Virus record (IMG/VR): IMGVR_UViG_3300032288_000672
Location: 1-40,778 of that record
From: a virus
Taxonomy: Duplodnaviria > Caudoviricetes
Reading direction: 5' to 3' (one strand)
Length of the DNA: 40,778 bases
Shown here piece after piece: positions 15,685 to 26,573 of this stretch (positions within the stretch are counted from its first letter, which is position 1; each line of letters begins with the position of its first letter). The notes beneath the pieces are model-generated. The model was not told the origin of the DNA and made no database searches. It worked only from the letters and a program-made list of their open reading frames with translations. A program made the position numbers and the translations under genes.

Positions 15685-15956
15685 TACCATTTCACCTTAT
15701 CTGCCCAGTAAGCTGCACTCATCTTACCCTTGGCAATGTTCTTGGCATGTCTGGCCTTGAAGGACTCCCTACGCTTACGGTAGGATGCAGACTCACCAGC
15801 TTTCTTCGGGGAACCTGATACACCTTGCTGACCAAAGCGGATCAGCTTAACCTTACTACCTTCCTTTGCCAGTACAGCATGAGACTTGGAAGCATTAGGT
15901 GTACGCTTTGGTTTATTGTACCCTGCAAACTTTTCACCACGATAATCTATAGCCAT
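15684..15956 (-). CDS. Small basic protein
   Basis: KLIRFGQQG...RR.SFKARH...SAAYWA...KW; TGATG coupling. Confidence 0.8.
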   Translation of the reverse strand: MAIDYRGEKFAGYNKPKRTPNASKSHAVLAKEGSKVKLIRFGQQGVSGSPKKAGESASYRKRRESFKARHAKNIAKGKMSAAYWADKVKW

Positions 15957-17038
15957 CAGTTATAATCCCATGTTAATCCCATTCCGGGTAATAGTGTTTC
16001 CTCTGTCCATTCATCAAGGTGCATACCTCCACCTTCCATGTATGCCCCAACAGAACCAAACTTGTTGTCACGCCAGTACTTTTTAACCCTGTCAAGGATG
16101 GCTGTGTTTGTCACAACCTTGTTATCCGGTCCTACCAGATACACATCACCAGCTTTACCGTCATTATGTCTCACAGACCCAGTACCTTCACCGGGTTTAT
16201 TACTCTTCTGTCCACCAGAATAGACAAGGAAGGAATACTTACCATCGAATAGGTCAGAAGCAGCCTTGTCAAGCTTTGCCTCAAGTGTCGGGGTAAGAGG
16301 AAGTTGTCTTTTCTTACCAGCAACATTATACTTAATCGTTGGGTACATTCCTTCTTCTGTATTCTTAGGTACTACCCTTGGAGTTTCTGGGGCATACTCT
16401 CCAGCTTTTTTAAGACCTGTCCAAGTATCCTTCAGTTGACTTCTGACAAGACCGTACTTACCTTCTCTTAGATCAGTAAGAAGATCGTTACCAGTTCTTA
16501 ATCTGTAATCTCTCTGAGCCAGAAACCATGCAGCTTTATCCTGATTGGCAGGAGAAAAGTCAGTCAGGCCCGGAACCTTTTTCTTAATATCGTCCCATGT
16601 TCGTGCAACAATCTGGTATCTTCCAGCAGCAGTTGATGGGCCATTGATTGTTCTTTTTCCAATAATTCTGGGATGGTCTGTGTAGTCTTCAAATCTGGCA
16701 GGAGTACCGGGAATATCTTTCCCTTCTCCTACGATGATGTTATAATCACCTCTGGACTCATACTTTGCAATATAGTCCAGAAGAGGCATAGCTTCTGGGG
16801 GAAGAGATGTATCTGCAATCGGTGCCACAAGTTGATCTTGTGTTTGATAAAAATCTTCTGATTGTTTTATAACATCTTCAATAGTCTGAGGTTGAGTCTC
16901 TTCAGGCACAATAACAGTTTCAGGTTGTGACAAAAGATCGTTGATAGTTTCTGGTTTTGCTTGAGCAAGTGTTTGAGCTTCCACAATATTAAGTTCTTGT
17001 GGTTGCGTTATTTCAAGTTGTGGAGCAAATTTAGCCAT
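15956..17038 (-). CDS. Virion-associated peptidoglycan hydrolase: lambda R-like transglycosylase plus M15-like Zn peptidase
   Basis: IAKYES..DYN, STAAGRYQI...TW, DFSPANQD; C-terminal SVRHNDGKAGD...MHLD. Confidence 0.75.
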   Translation of the reverse strand: MAKFAPQLEITQPQELNIVEAQTLAQAKPETINDLLSQPETVIVPEETQPQTIEDVIKQSEDFYQTQDQLVAPIADTSLPPEAMPLLDYIAKYESRGDYNIIVGEGKDIPGTPARFEDYTDHPRIIGKRTINGPSTAAGRYQIVARTWDDIKKKVPGLTDFSPANQDKAAWFLAQRDYRLRTGNDLLTDLREGKYGLVRSQLKDTWTGLKKAGEYAPETPRVVPKNTEEGMYPTIKYNVAGKKRQLPLTPTLEAKLDKAASDLFDGKYSFLVYSGGQKSNKPGEGTGSVRHNDGKAGDVYLVGPDNKVVTNTAILDRVKKYWRDNKFGSVGAYMEGGGMHLDEWTEETLLPGMGLTWDYN

Positions 17039-17051
17039 TATCTATCCTTAA

Positions 17052-19013
17052 TTACTCAGAAGTACCCATTTCTGACTTGTACTTTGGAAGATTATTGATA
17101 GCATCAAGAAGAATAATTCTACCATAGGCCGGATTATTCTTAACTTCCTCAGGCATTTGATTGAATTGAGTGTAGAGGAAATTAAGTTGCTTAATGTTCT
17201 CAAGTAGAAATGGGGGATTATACGTTTGGAAGAAAAGAGAGGTTCTTAAATCTTCAAAGTTAGGGTCTTTGTTTTCTTCAAAAGCAGGATACAAGTCTCT
17301 CATCTCCGGTGCTGCACCAGCCTGAAGAGACATCTTATCCACAATTTCTTTGATATCCCTGTCTTCTCTGACAGCAGCTTCATCAAGACCAATCACAAGT
17401 CTTCCATTAAGTTCCTTGATGACAAAAGGATTCTTATCAGGAGGGAACATTGTGGAAAATTCTTGACGCATCTTGACAGAAATTCTGCTTACTTCAGAAG
17501 ACATAGCTTTGTTGATTTGCTTATACAAAAGCATACCATCGCTGGGAGAAACAGTACTCATCTTCTTTGCAAATTCAAAAGACTTTGAACCATAGCTATC
17601 CTGAAGGAAATTCATATCAGCAAAATCTGTTGGTGCTCTGGATGCCAACATCAGATACTTTGGAGTAAGGTGCATGTGCATCAGAGATGCTGCTGATTGG
17701 GTATCTGTTATATCATTCGGATTTACCAGAGAAATAGCCTTATTGTTCTTTGTAAGCTCTTCTTTTTGCTTTGCAGGGTCCATTGTTCTGTACGTTTGTA
17801 CAAAGGCAGGATTAAATTCTGACAAAGAAGCATTAGCCCCTGCTGTACTCTGATCTCTGGGAGAAATAACAGGAGGAGGAGTCATCTCAACAGAACCATT
17901 TGCTGGTGCTGTCGGAAGAAAGATAGAGGCAGGGTTAAGAGTATTGGCAACACTCTTGGCTGCTTCTGCACTCTTTCTCATTTCTTCAAGAACGCCCGGT
18001 TTACTTATATAAGAATTTACAAAAGCTGCTTTACCTTCATTAGTTGTTAAAGCCATTGCTGTAACTGGATCAATTTCATTCACGGTTCTGACAACACCAG
18101 AGAAAGTTGCCTCAGTTAATTCTTTAGCAGCCGTTTCAGGATAGGTTAAGATATTCTCCATAATCTTAAGTTTTGATTCAGCCAGTGCAAAGACCGAATC
18201 AATTTTATATGGACCTTCATTAGTGTTGATGCCGAGAGCATTTGCTCTGGCAGTAACTTTTGCTTTATAGCTATCTATTTCTTGTTGCAATAGACCTTTA
18301 GCTTGCAAAGTATTTTCTGTTGTATTCTTTGTACGATCAAAAGCTTGACTAATAATAGCATTGGTTGACTGAAGGTTAGTAAAGTATTCATTAGCTTTTG
18401 TAGTTTCTTCTGCCATGAATTCTGGGAAAACATCCTTCACATTAAATTCTCTTGTCTCTACCCTTCTCTTCAGATCATTATATTTTTGATCTGATCGTGC
18501 CTTATCGTGCGCTCTTTGAACAAGGAACGAGTATAGTTTATCTGGGTTAACTGACCCATCAGGGTTTCTGCTTATTTCCTGACCTCTGATAGCATCAAGC
18601 TGACCTTCTGTTGTTTTAGCATACTCTTGTAACAATAATTGGTCAGCACCAGCCTCAGTGGTGGCAGGAGGTGTAGAGATACCCTTATAACTATCCACAA
18701 GTGCTTTGATGTCTTCTCTGTATCCACTACCAATCATCTGGTATGCCCTAGATTCAGCAAGACGGAACTGGGCTTCCCTGACAAGAAGGTTTTCAATCTG
18801 AGAAATAGCATTCAGATCTTGAATGAAAGGCTCCATCATCACATTTTCAATTTCTTTTTCAGACGGTTTATTTTCTGAAGAAGATCGTGACGATCCAGCA
18901 AAAACATTGGCAAGATTAGCCAACCCAGAAAAATCAATAGAACGGGCACTACCGGGAGTCACATTAGATGCCCCAATATCAAAACCTATTTCTGGTGCAA
19001 AAGCGTTAGCCAT
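17052..19013 (-). CDS. Putative internal virion (ejection) protein
   Basis: 653 aa, helical; position in virion operon. Confidence 0.6.
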   Translation of the reverse strand: MANAFAPEIGFDIGASNVTPGSARSIDFSGLANLANVFAGSSRSSSENKPSEKEIENVMMEPFIQDLNAISQIENLLVREAQFRLAESRAYQMIGSGYREDIKALVDSYKGISTPPATTEAGADQLLLQEYAKTTEGQLDAIRGQEISRNPDGSVNPDKLYSFLVQRAHDKARSDQKYNDLKRRVETREFNVKDVFPEFMAEETTKANEYFTNLQSTNAIISQAFDRTKNTTENTLQAKGLLQQEIDSYKAKVTARANALGINTNEGPYKIDSVFALAESKLKIMENILTYPETAAKELTEATFSGVVRTVNEIDPVTAMALTTNEGKAAFVNSYISKPGVLEEMRKSAEAAKSVANTLNPASIFLPTAPANGSVEMTPPPVISPRDQSTAGANASLSEFNPAFVQTYRTMDPAKQKEELTKNNKAISLVNPNDITDTQSAASLMHMHLTPKYLMLASRAPTDFADMNFLQDSYGSKSFEFAKKMSTVSPSDGMLLYKQINKAMSSEVSRISVKMRQEFSTMFPPDKNPFVIKELNGRLVIGLDEAAVREDRDIKEIVDKMSLQAGAAPEMRDLYPAFEENKDPNFEDLRTSLFFQTYNPPFLLENIKQLNFLYTQFNQMPEEVKNNPAYGRIILLDAINNLPKYKSEMGTSE

Positions 19014-22000
19014 TATTCATTAGCTCCTTGTGGTTGAGAAAGAGTCCTAAGTCTTTCTGCTTCAGTGTTACGTCCAAATTCAATAAGTTTATTGTAAAGA
19101 TAATCACTATACTCTGTAAGGAATGGTTGTGTTTTCTTATCAAAATACATTTGCATTTCTGGAGGAAGAACTTCACGAAGAGCATAAATGTTTTCAGACA
19201 CTGCTGCTGATCTCTCATACTCTCCCTGATTCATCAGGTCATACCTACGTGTGTTCAATCTTCTTGCTTCTTCGACAAGATCATCAACCCTGTCCTGCTC
19301 ACTGTTTAGAAGTTCCTGCATTTTATTTTGATAGTCAATTTGTTGTAACTTAAAACCAAGAGCTGTAAGAATGGCAGCAGTCTTTGGATTCTCAATACCC
19401 TCAGTTGTTCTACCATTTCTGGTTACATACTCTCCGTATCTCCACAGGTAATACGCCTGTGTCTGTACGTTGATACCTGACACTTGTCTAACCAATTTTT
19501 CAAAGTCCATTGCCATGATGTCAACATTTTTAGTATACAAAGCCTTCATAAAATCAACAAGTGCTGTGACTGTACCACCGCCGAATGAGTAAGAAGGACC
19601 ACCAATAGTTTCAATAAGATTTAGTTCTATAATATTATTTATTGTTTCACTCATACCATTGAAGAATGAAAGTCTGTCAGCAATGTTTGTAGGAACTCCT
19701 GTAAGAGTATGTACAAGACCATCAATACCACCCTTCTTCAGAAAGGTATATACTTCTGGAGATGGTGTTATATTATAGTACTCCAAAGTTTCATCTATTA
19801 ACTTATCTCCAAGACCAAAGATATTAACTCCTGCTGCCCCGTATAAAGCAACCTGAGAACCAAGGAGTTTAAGTTTTTCTGTTTTAGAAAGACTTCTGGA
19901 GAAGAAAAGATTTTCAAGGAATCTGGCATTGATGGCTTGCCATTGTGTAGCCAAGCTCCATCCACCCTTTTGCCATGCAGCCTGTGAAGCCTTTGTCATG
20001 TTAAATGTCAAAGCATCAGCCCTGTTGGTGATGTACTCATCAGCCTTCCTCCAACCTTCTCTTGTTCTGATGTTTACATTCGGGAACTTTTCTACAAATT
20101 CTCTGAATGCCACATTAACGGAAATAAGTCTGGCAGAAAGTTCACCCTCTCTGAACGGAGCAGTCCAGTTATCACGAACTTGCTTTATACCGGGAGCCTT
20201 CAGTATTCTTCCAATACCAGAGTTAAGACCTTGGTTAGCATCAAGGTAAGATGTGGTAAGATTGATTTCGTACTTGCCACTTTCCTTCATATAATACATA
20301 AGGTCATCCCAGTTTTGTCTGGTCATACCCATAGCATTACCAACTCTTCTGTACATTTCATTAAGGAGGGGCTTATCAAATGTTCTTGTCATTGCAAAAC
20401 GCATAGGTACATACGACAGGAAAGCCCTGAGGCCATACTTGGGAGGAACAATAGTAGCGGCCATAGAAGAACCAATCAACTGCACCAGATACTGTGTAGT
20501 ATTCCAGAACCCGAAAGCCATACCAAATGCACCAGATCTAAGAGCCACAACAGGGTTCTTATTAAAGATACTGATTGCCTTTACTGCGGTATCATTACCC
20601 TTATCAAACATCCTCTCAGACATCTTAGCCATGAAGTGTTCCCACTTTTGAGCAGCAACACCCGGCACACTCATTCTGTCAAGGATAGTCTGACGTTCTC
20701 TGGCAAAAGCCTGACCAATAGCATCATTCCTGAACTCAGCCATCTTAATCTTTTCAAGGAGAGGAAGAGTTTTAATTTTATCCCAATTTGTTATAAAATC
20801 TTCACCATTCTTGACTAAGCCTTCCATGGCATTCTTAAAGTATGCACGTGTAGACATATAGTTAACACCCATGGCATACTGTTTAGTGATGCCAGAGATT
20901 GGGTCTACTAGATCAAAGTATCTGCCACCATATCCATGTGTTACTCTGTTTCTGGTGGGAGAACTTGGATTAGAATTAAGTCTGTACAAATCACCGTAAG
21001 TGCTTGAACCACCATACTGGTAATAGTTAACTGCCTTACCAATATCAATGTCTGGAACAGCTTCATCAGCATTTTTTACAACAACATCAGCAATCTCAAG
21101 ACCTGACTCATCAAGGAATTTGATAAAGTCATCAACTGTCTCAATCGAAGGATTGAAACCATTGTTTGCTCTGATCAAAGCATTAAGAGCATCGTCTGTG
21201 GCAAGACCTCTGAATGTCTGCTTTGTTGCATTAGGTCCAGCAAGTCTTCTGATACCAGCAATAATAGCATTAAAGTCTTTGGTAGCCTTCAAAGCATCTT
21301 TTGCACTCATAGAGGCAAACCATGTAACACCTCTCTTTACAAACGGTCTTCCACCAATCTGAGTACCAAGAACTTCTTGCACAGAGTAATGTCTGGCAGC
21401 AGTACCTCTCATACCACCGGGCTGATATCCAAGCACATCTGTATGCCTCAACTGTCTGGAGTCAACCAGATCGCCTGTCACATACTTTGCTTCTTTATTA
21501 CCAACCTTGATACCATCAGGAACCATAAGAAGATTTCTTCCCTGATACCTCTTAAAGTCAGATGGCTGAATAAAGGAACCTCTGTCAACATCAAAAATTT
21601 CATCAACTTCTCTGGGGATATTGGTAGAGTCATAAGCCTTCATACGAAGGTTCTTATACTTGTCAAAGGAACCAATAAACTCACCTCTGTTAATAGCATT
21701 TTTCAAAGGTGTATCTGCCGCCATATAGAAAGCAGCATCGTTAATAGCCCAGATAGACTTGTAAGCATCCACAACTTCCTGTCTTGGAAGCTGTCCTGTC
21801 AGCATATAGTACTTTTCAGAAAACTCACTATCATTATACCAAGACCTTCTGGTGGAATCTACGCCATCTCTGAGGTCTAGTGCAATGTTATTGATAGCCT
21901 TACCTTCATCAACAGAAAGTTTTTCAATCTTTTTCTGATGGTCAACCCAGATTTTTCTATAGGCTCTGCCAACAGCGGCCTCACCTCTTTTCAGAAGCGT

Positions 22001-23485
22001 GTTAAGAAAAACAGTGCTGGTATGTTCAGGGGAAAGTATTCTATTATTAAAATCAACAATAGCTTTTATTGTACTACGATAGGCTAAATCTTCTGCCTGA
22101 GTAGCATCAGAAATACCCTTCAGGGACAGACCACTATCCTGTCTCACAAAGAATGTATTGGTCTTTTCATCTCTGAATACAGTACCACCATGCGTCTTGG
22201 AAAACTTTTCAGCCGAGAAGTAATCTTCCCAACCAACACCATCGGCTTTGCCAAGCTTAACACTGATTGAATAATTGTCAAAAAGACCTTCATTGATCCT
22301 CAGAACATCCACAACATGGGCATTTGTTCTGGCCTGAATATCTTTTACAAATCTATCAGCAGCAGCCTTTACACCTTCTTCTGTGGTGTACATATCTCTG
22401 AAAGATGTGTTAAGGTCTTCCAAAACCTTTTGACTAAGCTCGTTGTCAACAACAGGCTTCAGACCAACATTAGGTGTACCCGGATCAGCCACTCTGAAAA
22501 TGTCAGGAGAACTGTGTCTATCAACTTCAACAACAGTATTCGGATTAGCCAAAGCCTGTGTAAGACTTTCTTGACCAGCCTTCTCACCCTTCAGAATTGT
22601 TGTATAATCCTGATGATCTTTGGCTTTACTAAGAAGTTCAATCTTAGTACCCTGCCTCAGACTTTTGATACCTCTTGCCGTTGCTTTACCAATACCAAGA
22701 GTTGCAACATCGACAGTAGTCCAGAACCATGGGTGTTCAAATCTGCCACCCTCTATTGTGGAGCGTAATTGGTCACTGAGTAGGAAAGCATTATTACCCA
22801 GAAAGCCAAGATTATCCCAATCATTGACAATATCTGTGGCAAGTTTTTCCATTTCTTCAGGAGTACCAGCCTTCATCATTTGTGAAAGTGCATTCTTTGC
22901 ACGATCTGAGGTACTTTCATCAAGACCAACCAGAGAAAGGGGCTTCTTCAGAAATGGTGCAGTATCACCAAGTCTTTCTCCCATACCGATAATAGTATCT
23001 CGCCAAACAGCACCGATAAAATCTACAACAGCTCCTGCCCATCCTTGATCAGCGGTCTTTGCAGAAACCTTTTCACCAAGAAGAGAAATAGCATACTGAT
23101 ACTTTTTATCAATATCTTCGTCATATACAATAGCTTCCACTTTATCAGTGGCAGGACCAGCAACAGCAACCATTTGTCTGCTGGTGTTTAGACGTTCCAT
23201 GGATAGCTTAAGGTCTTCCAGAGTTTCTTTCTTTACCAGACCTTCTTCAATAAATCTTTTCTCAACACTGGAGATATCTTCCACAGCGTTAATCAGAGAC
23301 TGAGGACCAAGAGCCCTTGTCTTTTCCAATGCTTCATCAAAAGTAAGATTGTTACGGGCAGCATAACGCTCCGCAATCTCCCTGAGGTATCTGTCAGGAT
23401 ACTGATCAGCAGAAACTGATGTTGTAACCTGAGGAAGAATACTTGGGGTTTCTTCTTCAGGTGTCTGCGGAAGTATAGAATCCAT
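19013..23485 (-). CDS. Large internal virion (ejection) protein
   Basis: 1490 aa; size and position after tail/GNAT genes, like T7 gp16-type proteins. Confidence 0.65.
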   Translation of the reverse strand: MDSILPQTPEEETPSILPQVTTSVSADQYPDRYLREIAERYAARNNLTFDEALEKTRALGPQSLINAVEDISSVEKRFIEEGLVKKETLEDLKLSMERLNTSRQMVAVAGPATDKVEAIVYDEDIDKKYQYAISLLGEKVSAKTADQGWAGAVVDFIGAVWRDTIIGMGERLGDTAPFLKKPLSLVGLDESTSDRAKNALSQMMKAGTPEEMEKLATDIVNDWDNLGFLGNNAFLLSDQLRSTIEGGRFEHPWFWTTVDVATLGIGKATARGIKSLRQGTKIELLSKAKDHQDYTTILKGEKAGQESLTQALANPNTVVEVDRHSSPDIFRVADPGTPNVGLKPVVDNELSQKVLEDLNTSFRDMYTTEEGVKAAADRFVKDIQARTNAHVVDVLRINEGLFDNYSISVKLGKADGVGWEDYFSAEKFSKTHGGTVFRDEKTNTFFVRQDSGLSLKGISDATQAEDLAYRSTIKAIVDFNNRILSPEHTSTVFLNTLLKRGEAAVGRAYRKIWVDHQKKIEKLSVDEGKAINNIALDLRDGVDSTRRSWYNDSEFSEKYYMLTGQLPRQEVVDAYKSIWAINDAAFYMAADTPLKNAINRGEFIGSFDKYKNLRMKAYDSTNIPREVDEIFDVDRGSFIQPSDFKRYQGRNLLMVPDGIKVGNKEAKYVTGDLVDSRQLRHTDVLGYQPGGMRGTAARHYSVQEVLGTQIGGRPFVKRGVTWFASMSAKDALKATKDFNAIIAGIRRLAGPNATKQTFRGLATDDALNALIRANNGFNPSIETVDDFIKFLDESGLEIADVVVKNADEAVPDIDIGKAVNYYQYGGSSTYGDLYRLNSNPSSPTRNRVTHGYGGRYFDLVDPISGITKQYAMGVNYMSTRAYFKNAMEGLVKNGEDFITNWDKIKTLPLLEKIKMAEFRNDAIGQAFARERQTILDRMSVPGVAAQKWEHFMAKMSERMFDKGNDTAVKAISIFNKNPVVALRSGAFGMAFGFWNTTQYLVQLIGSSMAATIVPPKYGLRAFLSYVPMRFAMTRTFDKPLLNEMYRRVGNAMGMTRQNWDDLMYYMKESGKYEINLTTSYLDANQGLNSGIGRILKAPGIKQVRDNWTAPFREGELSARLISVNVAFREFVEKFPNVNIRTREGWRKADEYITNRADALTFNMTKASQAAWQKGGWSLATQWQAINARFLENLFFSRSLSKTEKLKLLGSQVALYGAAGVNIFGLGDKLIDETLEYYNITPSPEVYTFLKKGGIDGLVHTLTGVPTNIADRLSFFNGMSETINNIIELNLIETIGGPSYSFGGGTVTALVDFMKALYTKNVDIMAMDFEKLVRQVSGINVQTQAYYLWRYGEYVTRNGRTTEGIENPKTAAILTALGFKLQQIDYQNKMQELLNSEQDRVDDLVEEARRLNTRRYDLMNQGEYERSAAVSENIYALREVLPPEMQMYFDKKTQPFLTEYSDYLYNKLIEFGRNTEAERLRTLSQPQGANE

Positions 23486-23940
23486 TATTGACCTCTAAGA
23501 CCAGACATGGAAGTGTATGGTGAAACAATCGGTGCAGCAGCAACCCTATTACTCTTGGCAAAGCTGCCAAAGATATCACCAACTGTTGAACCAATAGAGC
23601 CAATAGTATCATATCTGGACTGAGCAATATTCTGCTTAGTAATATACTTAGAGATATCCAGAGTTGTTTGCTGGAACCCAAGCTGTGCCTGTTGCTGATT
23701 TACAAGACCAGACAGACCACCAGCCAGAGCAGTACTACCAGTGGCTCCAAGTGCTGCACCAATGTTAAGAGTTTCACCTCTGGCAATAGCAGTTTGTCTC
23801 AGAAGCCTTCTACGCTCACGTGCATCAGCAAGTTCCTGTGCTTTCTGTTGAGCCCTCATAGCCTTCTGTTGAGCCTTTGCTGACTTTGCTTGCATAGCAA
23901 TACCAAACACAGTTCCGATCAATGCGCCAGCCGCTGCCAT
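23485..23940 (-). CDS. Small internal virion protein (gp14-like)
   Basis: Ala/Gly/Gln-rich with hydrophobic ends; follows GNAT. Confidence 0.65.
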   Translation of the reverse strand: MAAAGALIGTVFGIAMQAKSAKAQQKAMRAQQKAQELADARERRRLLRQTAIARGETLNIGAALGATGSTALAGGLSGLVNQQQAQLGFQQTTLDISKYITKQNIAQSRYDTIGSIGSTVGDIFGSFAKSNRVAAAPIVSPYTSMSGLRGQ

Positions 23941-23941
23941 A

Positions 23942-24421
23942 TCAAATTCCTTTCCAGTACACTAATTCTTGTGGTTTGTACTTATAACGGGTCAGAACCT
24001 TGCTAAAGTTCTTTGGACTTAGGTTTGTAAAAGCAGATAGAATAACCCTTTCTGCTTTCTTGTATTTTGCCCACTTCTCAAAAGCTCGGATCATATCAAG
24101 ACCATGACCTCTGCACTCAGGTTCTACCCAGATGGATAAACAGATTGCTACTTTTGTATCGTGGAAATAAAACTCATCAATTCCTGCAAGTATAAAACCT
24201 TTTGGATTATCCTCAGGATCAGCCAGTATTATTCCAGCATGTGTTTGATTTAATTGTGAAAGTGTAAAAAGGTCTTTTATTTTGTTTTCATTAAAAGGTT
24301 TACCGGGGAGTACTGTTTCTATTACCCTTTTAGAAGCCTCTACAACATACGGATAATCTTTTTCTTTCACATACCTAATATTAAAATCTTGGGTTCGATG
24401 CAACAACAGTCTCCCATCCAA
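23942..24421 (-). CDS. GNAT-family acetyltransferase
   Basis: IWVEPECRGHG..MIRAFEKWAK acetyl-CoA motif A. Confidence 0.8.
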   Translation of the reverse strand: MDGRLLLHRTQDFNIRYVKEKDYPYVVEASKRVIETVLPGKPFNENKIKDLFTLSQLNQTHAGIILADPEDNPKGFILAGIDEFYFHDTKVAICLSIWVEPECRGHGLDMIRAFEKWAKYKKAERVILSAFTNLSPKNFSKVLTRYKYKPQELVYWKGI

Positions 24422-26573
24422 TCAAGTAGAAATCTTTACCCTGTTCACTTTCAAATCTCATGCGGAGAACTCTACCTTTTCCCCTGATCTTTGTTCTACT
24501 TACGATTGTATCATAAGGATAATTAAATGTCAAGTTGTTAGGATTAGGTACAGGATAGTTAATGAGGCGGTAAATCTGCATAGGGTCTGACCATCTGGAA
24601 CTATCTTTGCTCAGATCCCATTTGACTGTAAGAGTACAGGACGAAGGAAAATCTGGCTCATATTCACTATTAACAAGAACAAAGTTTTGTTCTGTTCTCT
24701 TCATATATGTTGTGATATATGGGGAGTTCTTCTTAAGTGTCGCATCACCCATAAAATCATAACCAGTTTCAGCATAAGAAGAGAAGTTGGCAGAATCCCA
24801 ATCAAGGAAATCATCCCCGGTAAATTCAGCCATGGTAAGCTTGTTACCACTTGTCTTAACCACAAACTTAATATCTGATGTGACAATACTCGACTCAGCA
24901 GAAAGTGTCTGAACAACTGTATCAGAAGAAGCAACAACTTGATCAGTTCCAACCAGAACATTATACTCTGTTTGTGTGGAGCCAAAGCCTGATAAGAAAA
25001 AACCACCCATCAGATAAGGTGTGGTTCCTGTTGCATCAGAAATCCTCCATGGGAAGTATGCCCCAAGATCAAGATCAAGAACAAGAATCTCATTAAATTT
25101 ATGAGAAGTAGTGGTTGTTTCTGATGGGAACATCCAGTAAACTCTTTTACCAATACGATCAAAGACAGCAGTAGCCTGTAACTTTTTAGCATTTGATATA
25201 CTGTCAAAGTACGTCTTGATAGGTTGAGAAATATTCTGAATAGCTTCATTATTATTTTCAGAAGATACTGTGTAAATACCAGAAGTATCCCAAAAGATGG
25301 GAGTACCCTGTGCATTTACCAGAGTTCTTTGTGAGTAAAGACCAAAGTTAGAAACCTTCTTAACAAAGTACTCATTAGCCTTGAATACGTTATCAACACC
25401 ACCAATAGCCCAGATACCATTCTGAGCAAAGACATAGAGAAGTGAGCCAGTTGCGAACAATGCACGAATGTTAGCAGCATCTGGAATGACCAGATAACCA
25501 CCATCTGATGCAACTACACTAGCACTATCTTCAGAAGTTGGGTCTGCGATTTGGTAGCACTTTTCAAAGTCTGTCTCATCTTCAATAACCTTGGAGAAAA
25601 AAACTTTACCACCATTGGCAGAAGAGTCCAGACCAGCATACCATACACGACCAGCGTATGTGGCTGTGCAACGGAATCTGGCAGTTTCTGTTACTGTAGG
25701 GATGCCAGCAATACCAGAGACACCAGAACGGTTTTTGGAAAAGAAGTCTAGGATGTAATGTCCATTAGGTGCCAGAGTGTTACCAGCATCAATTTTGAAG
25801 AAAACATCAATATTTTGCCCACCATCGGCACCCTTACCAATCCACCATGGAGCATTTCTGGGAGGGTAGTCAGTTCTAAGGGAATCCCAATAATCAAAGG
25901 CATTGTTGGATCTTCCGTTTAATTCAGAAGACCAGCCCATATTGTATAGATCATACTTGTAATTTCTGAAATCCTCTGTGGCCGTGGAATTACCAAGCTG
26001 CGTCAGAGTAGGACTATCATCTGTTGCAACAGTTCCTTTGTAGATGTATTCCAAATCTCTGGTCTTGATCGTAATTACGGATACACTGATGGAATCCGTT
26101 GAAGCAGTATACTTGACACGGATGGGATTAATGGCAGGGGATGTGAGGATAAGAAAACCATTGATAGACGAAGCAGAAATAGGTTCATCTGCTGCATCAT
26201 AGTCATTGGCAACATCATAGTCATATAAGTTAATGCTGAAACTTTTCTCAGAAGCTGAGATAGCCTGTACAGACTTATCGTAAAAATAAACTGTATTGTT
26301 ACGTTGAACAACAAGGAACTCAACGCCAGAAAGGCCGGACACGTTGTACCACGTTTCTGTGTGTACAAAGTCTCCAGCCACTACTGTAAATGAACTGTTC
26401 TGATAGTTGTCTTCGTATACCAGACCTTTACGTCTACGTCTGGCACCGTTCTTTAGAAGGTCACAATTTAATTCGTCAGAAGAAGCATTTTCAGGAAACG
26501 TCATTTCAGTGGCTTCTGTTACAAGCCCCTTGATGAACGTGTTAGTTACCTTCTGACTGTATCTTTGCGGCAT
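24381..26573 (-). CDS. Tail nozzle / tail tubular protein B (gp12-like)
   Basis: 730 aa beta-rich, RRRKG near N-terminus, AGRVWYAG; position after adaptor. Confidence 0.75.
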   Translation of the reverse strand: MPQRYSQKVTNTFIKGLVTEATEMTFPENASSDELNCDLLKNGARRRRKGLVYEDNYQNSSFTVVAGDFVHTETWYNVSGLSGVEFLVVQRNNTVYFYDKSVQAISASEKSFSINLYDYDVANDYDAADEPISASSINGFLILTSPAINPIRVKYTASTDSISVSVITIKTRDLEYIYKGTVATDDSPTLTQLGNSTATEDFRNYKYDLYNMGWSSELNGRSNNAFDYWDSLRTDYPPRNAPWWIGKGADGGQNIDVFFKIDAGNTLAPNGHYILDFFSKNRSGVSGIAGIPTVTETARFRCTATYAGRVWYAGLDSSANGGKVFFSKVIEDETDFEKCYQIADPTSEDSASVVASDGGYLVIPDAANIRALFATGSLLYVFAQNGIWAIGGVDNVFKANEYFVKKVSNFGLYSQRTLVNAQGTPIFWDTSGIYTVSSENNNEAIQNISQPIKTYFDSISNAKKLQATAVFDRIGKRVYWMFPSETTTTSHKFNEILVLDLDLGAYFPWRISDATGTTPYLMGGFFLSGFGSTQTEYNVLVGTDQVVASSDTVVQTLSAESSIVTSDIKFVVKTSGNKLTMAEFTGDDFLDWDSANFSSYAETGYDFMGDATLKKNSPYITTYMKRTEQNFVLVNSEYEPDFPSSCTLTVKWDLSKDSSRWSDPMQIYRLINYPVPNPNNLTFNYPYDTIVSRTKIRGKGRVLRMRFESEQGKDFYLIGWETVVASNPRF

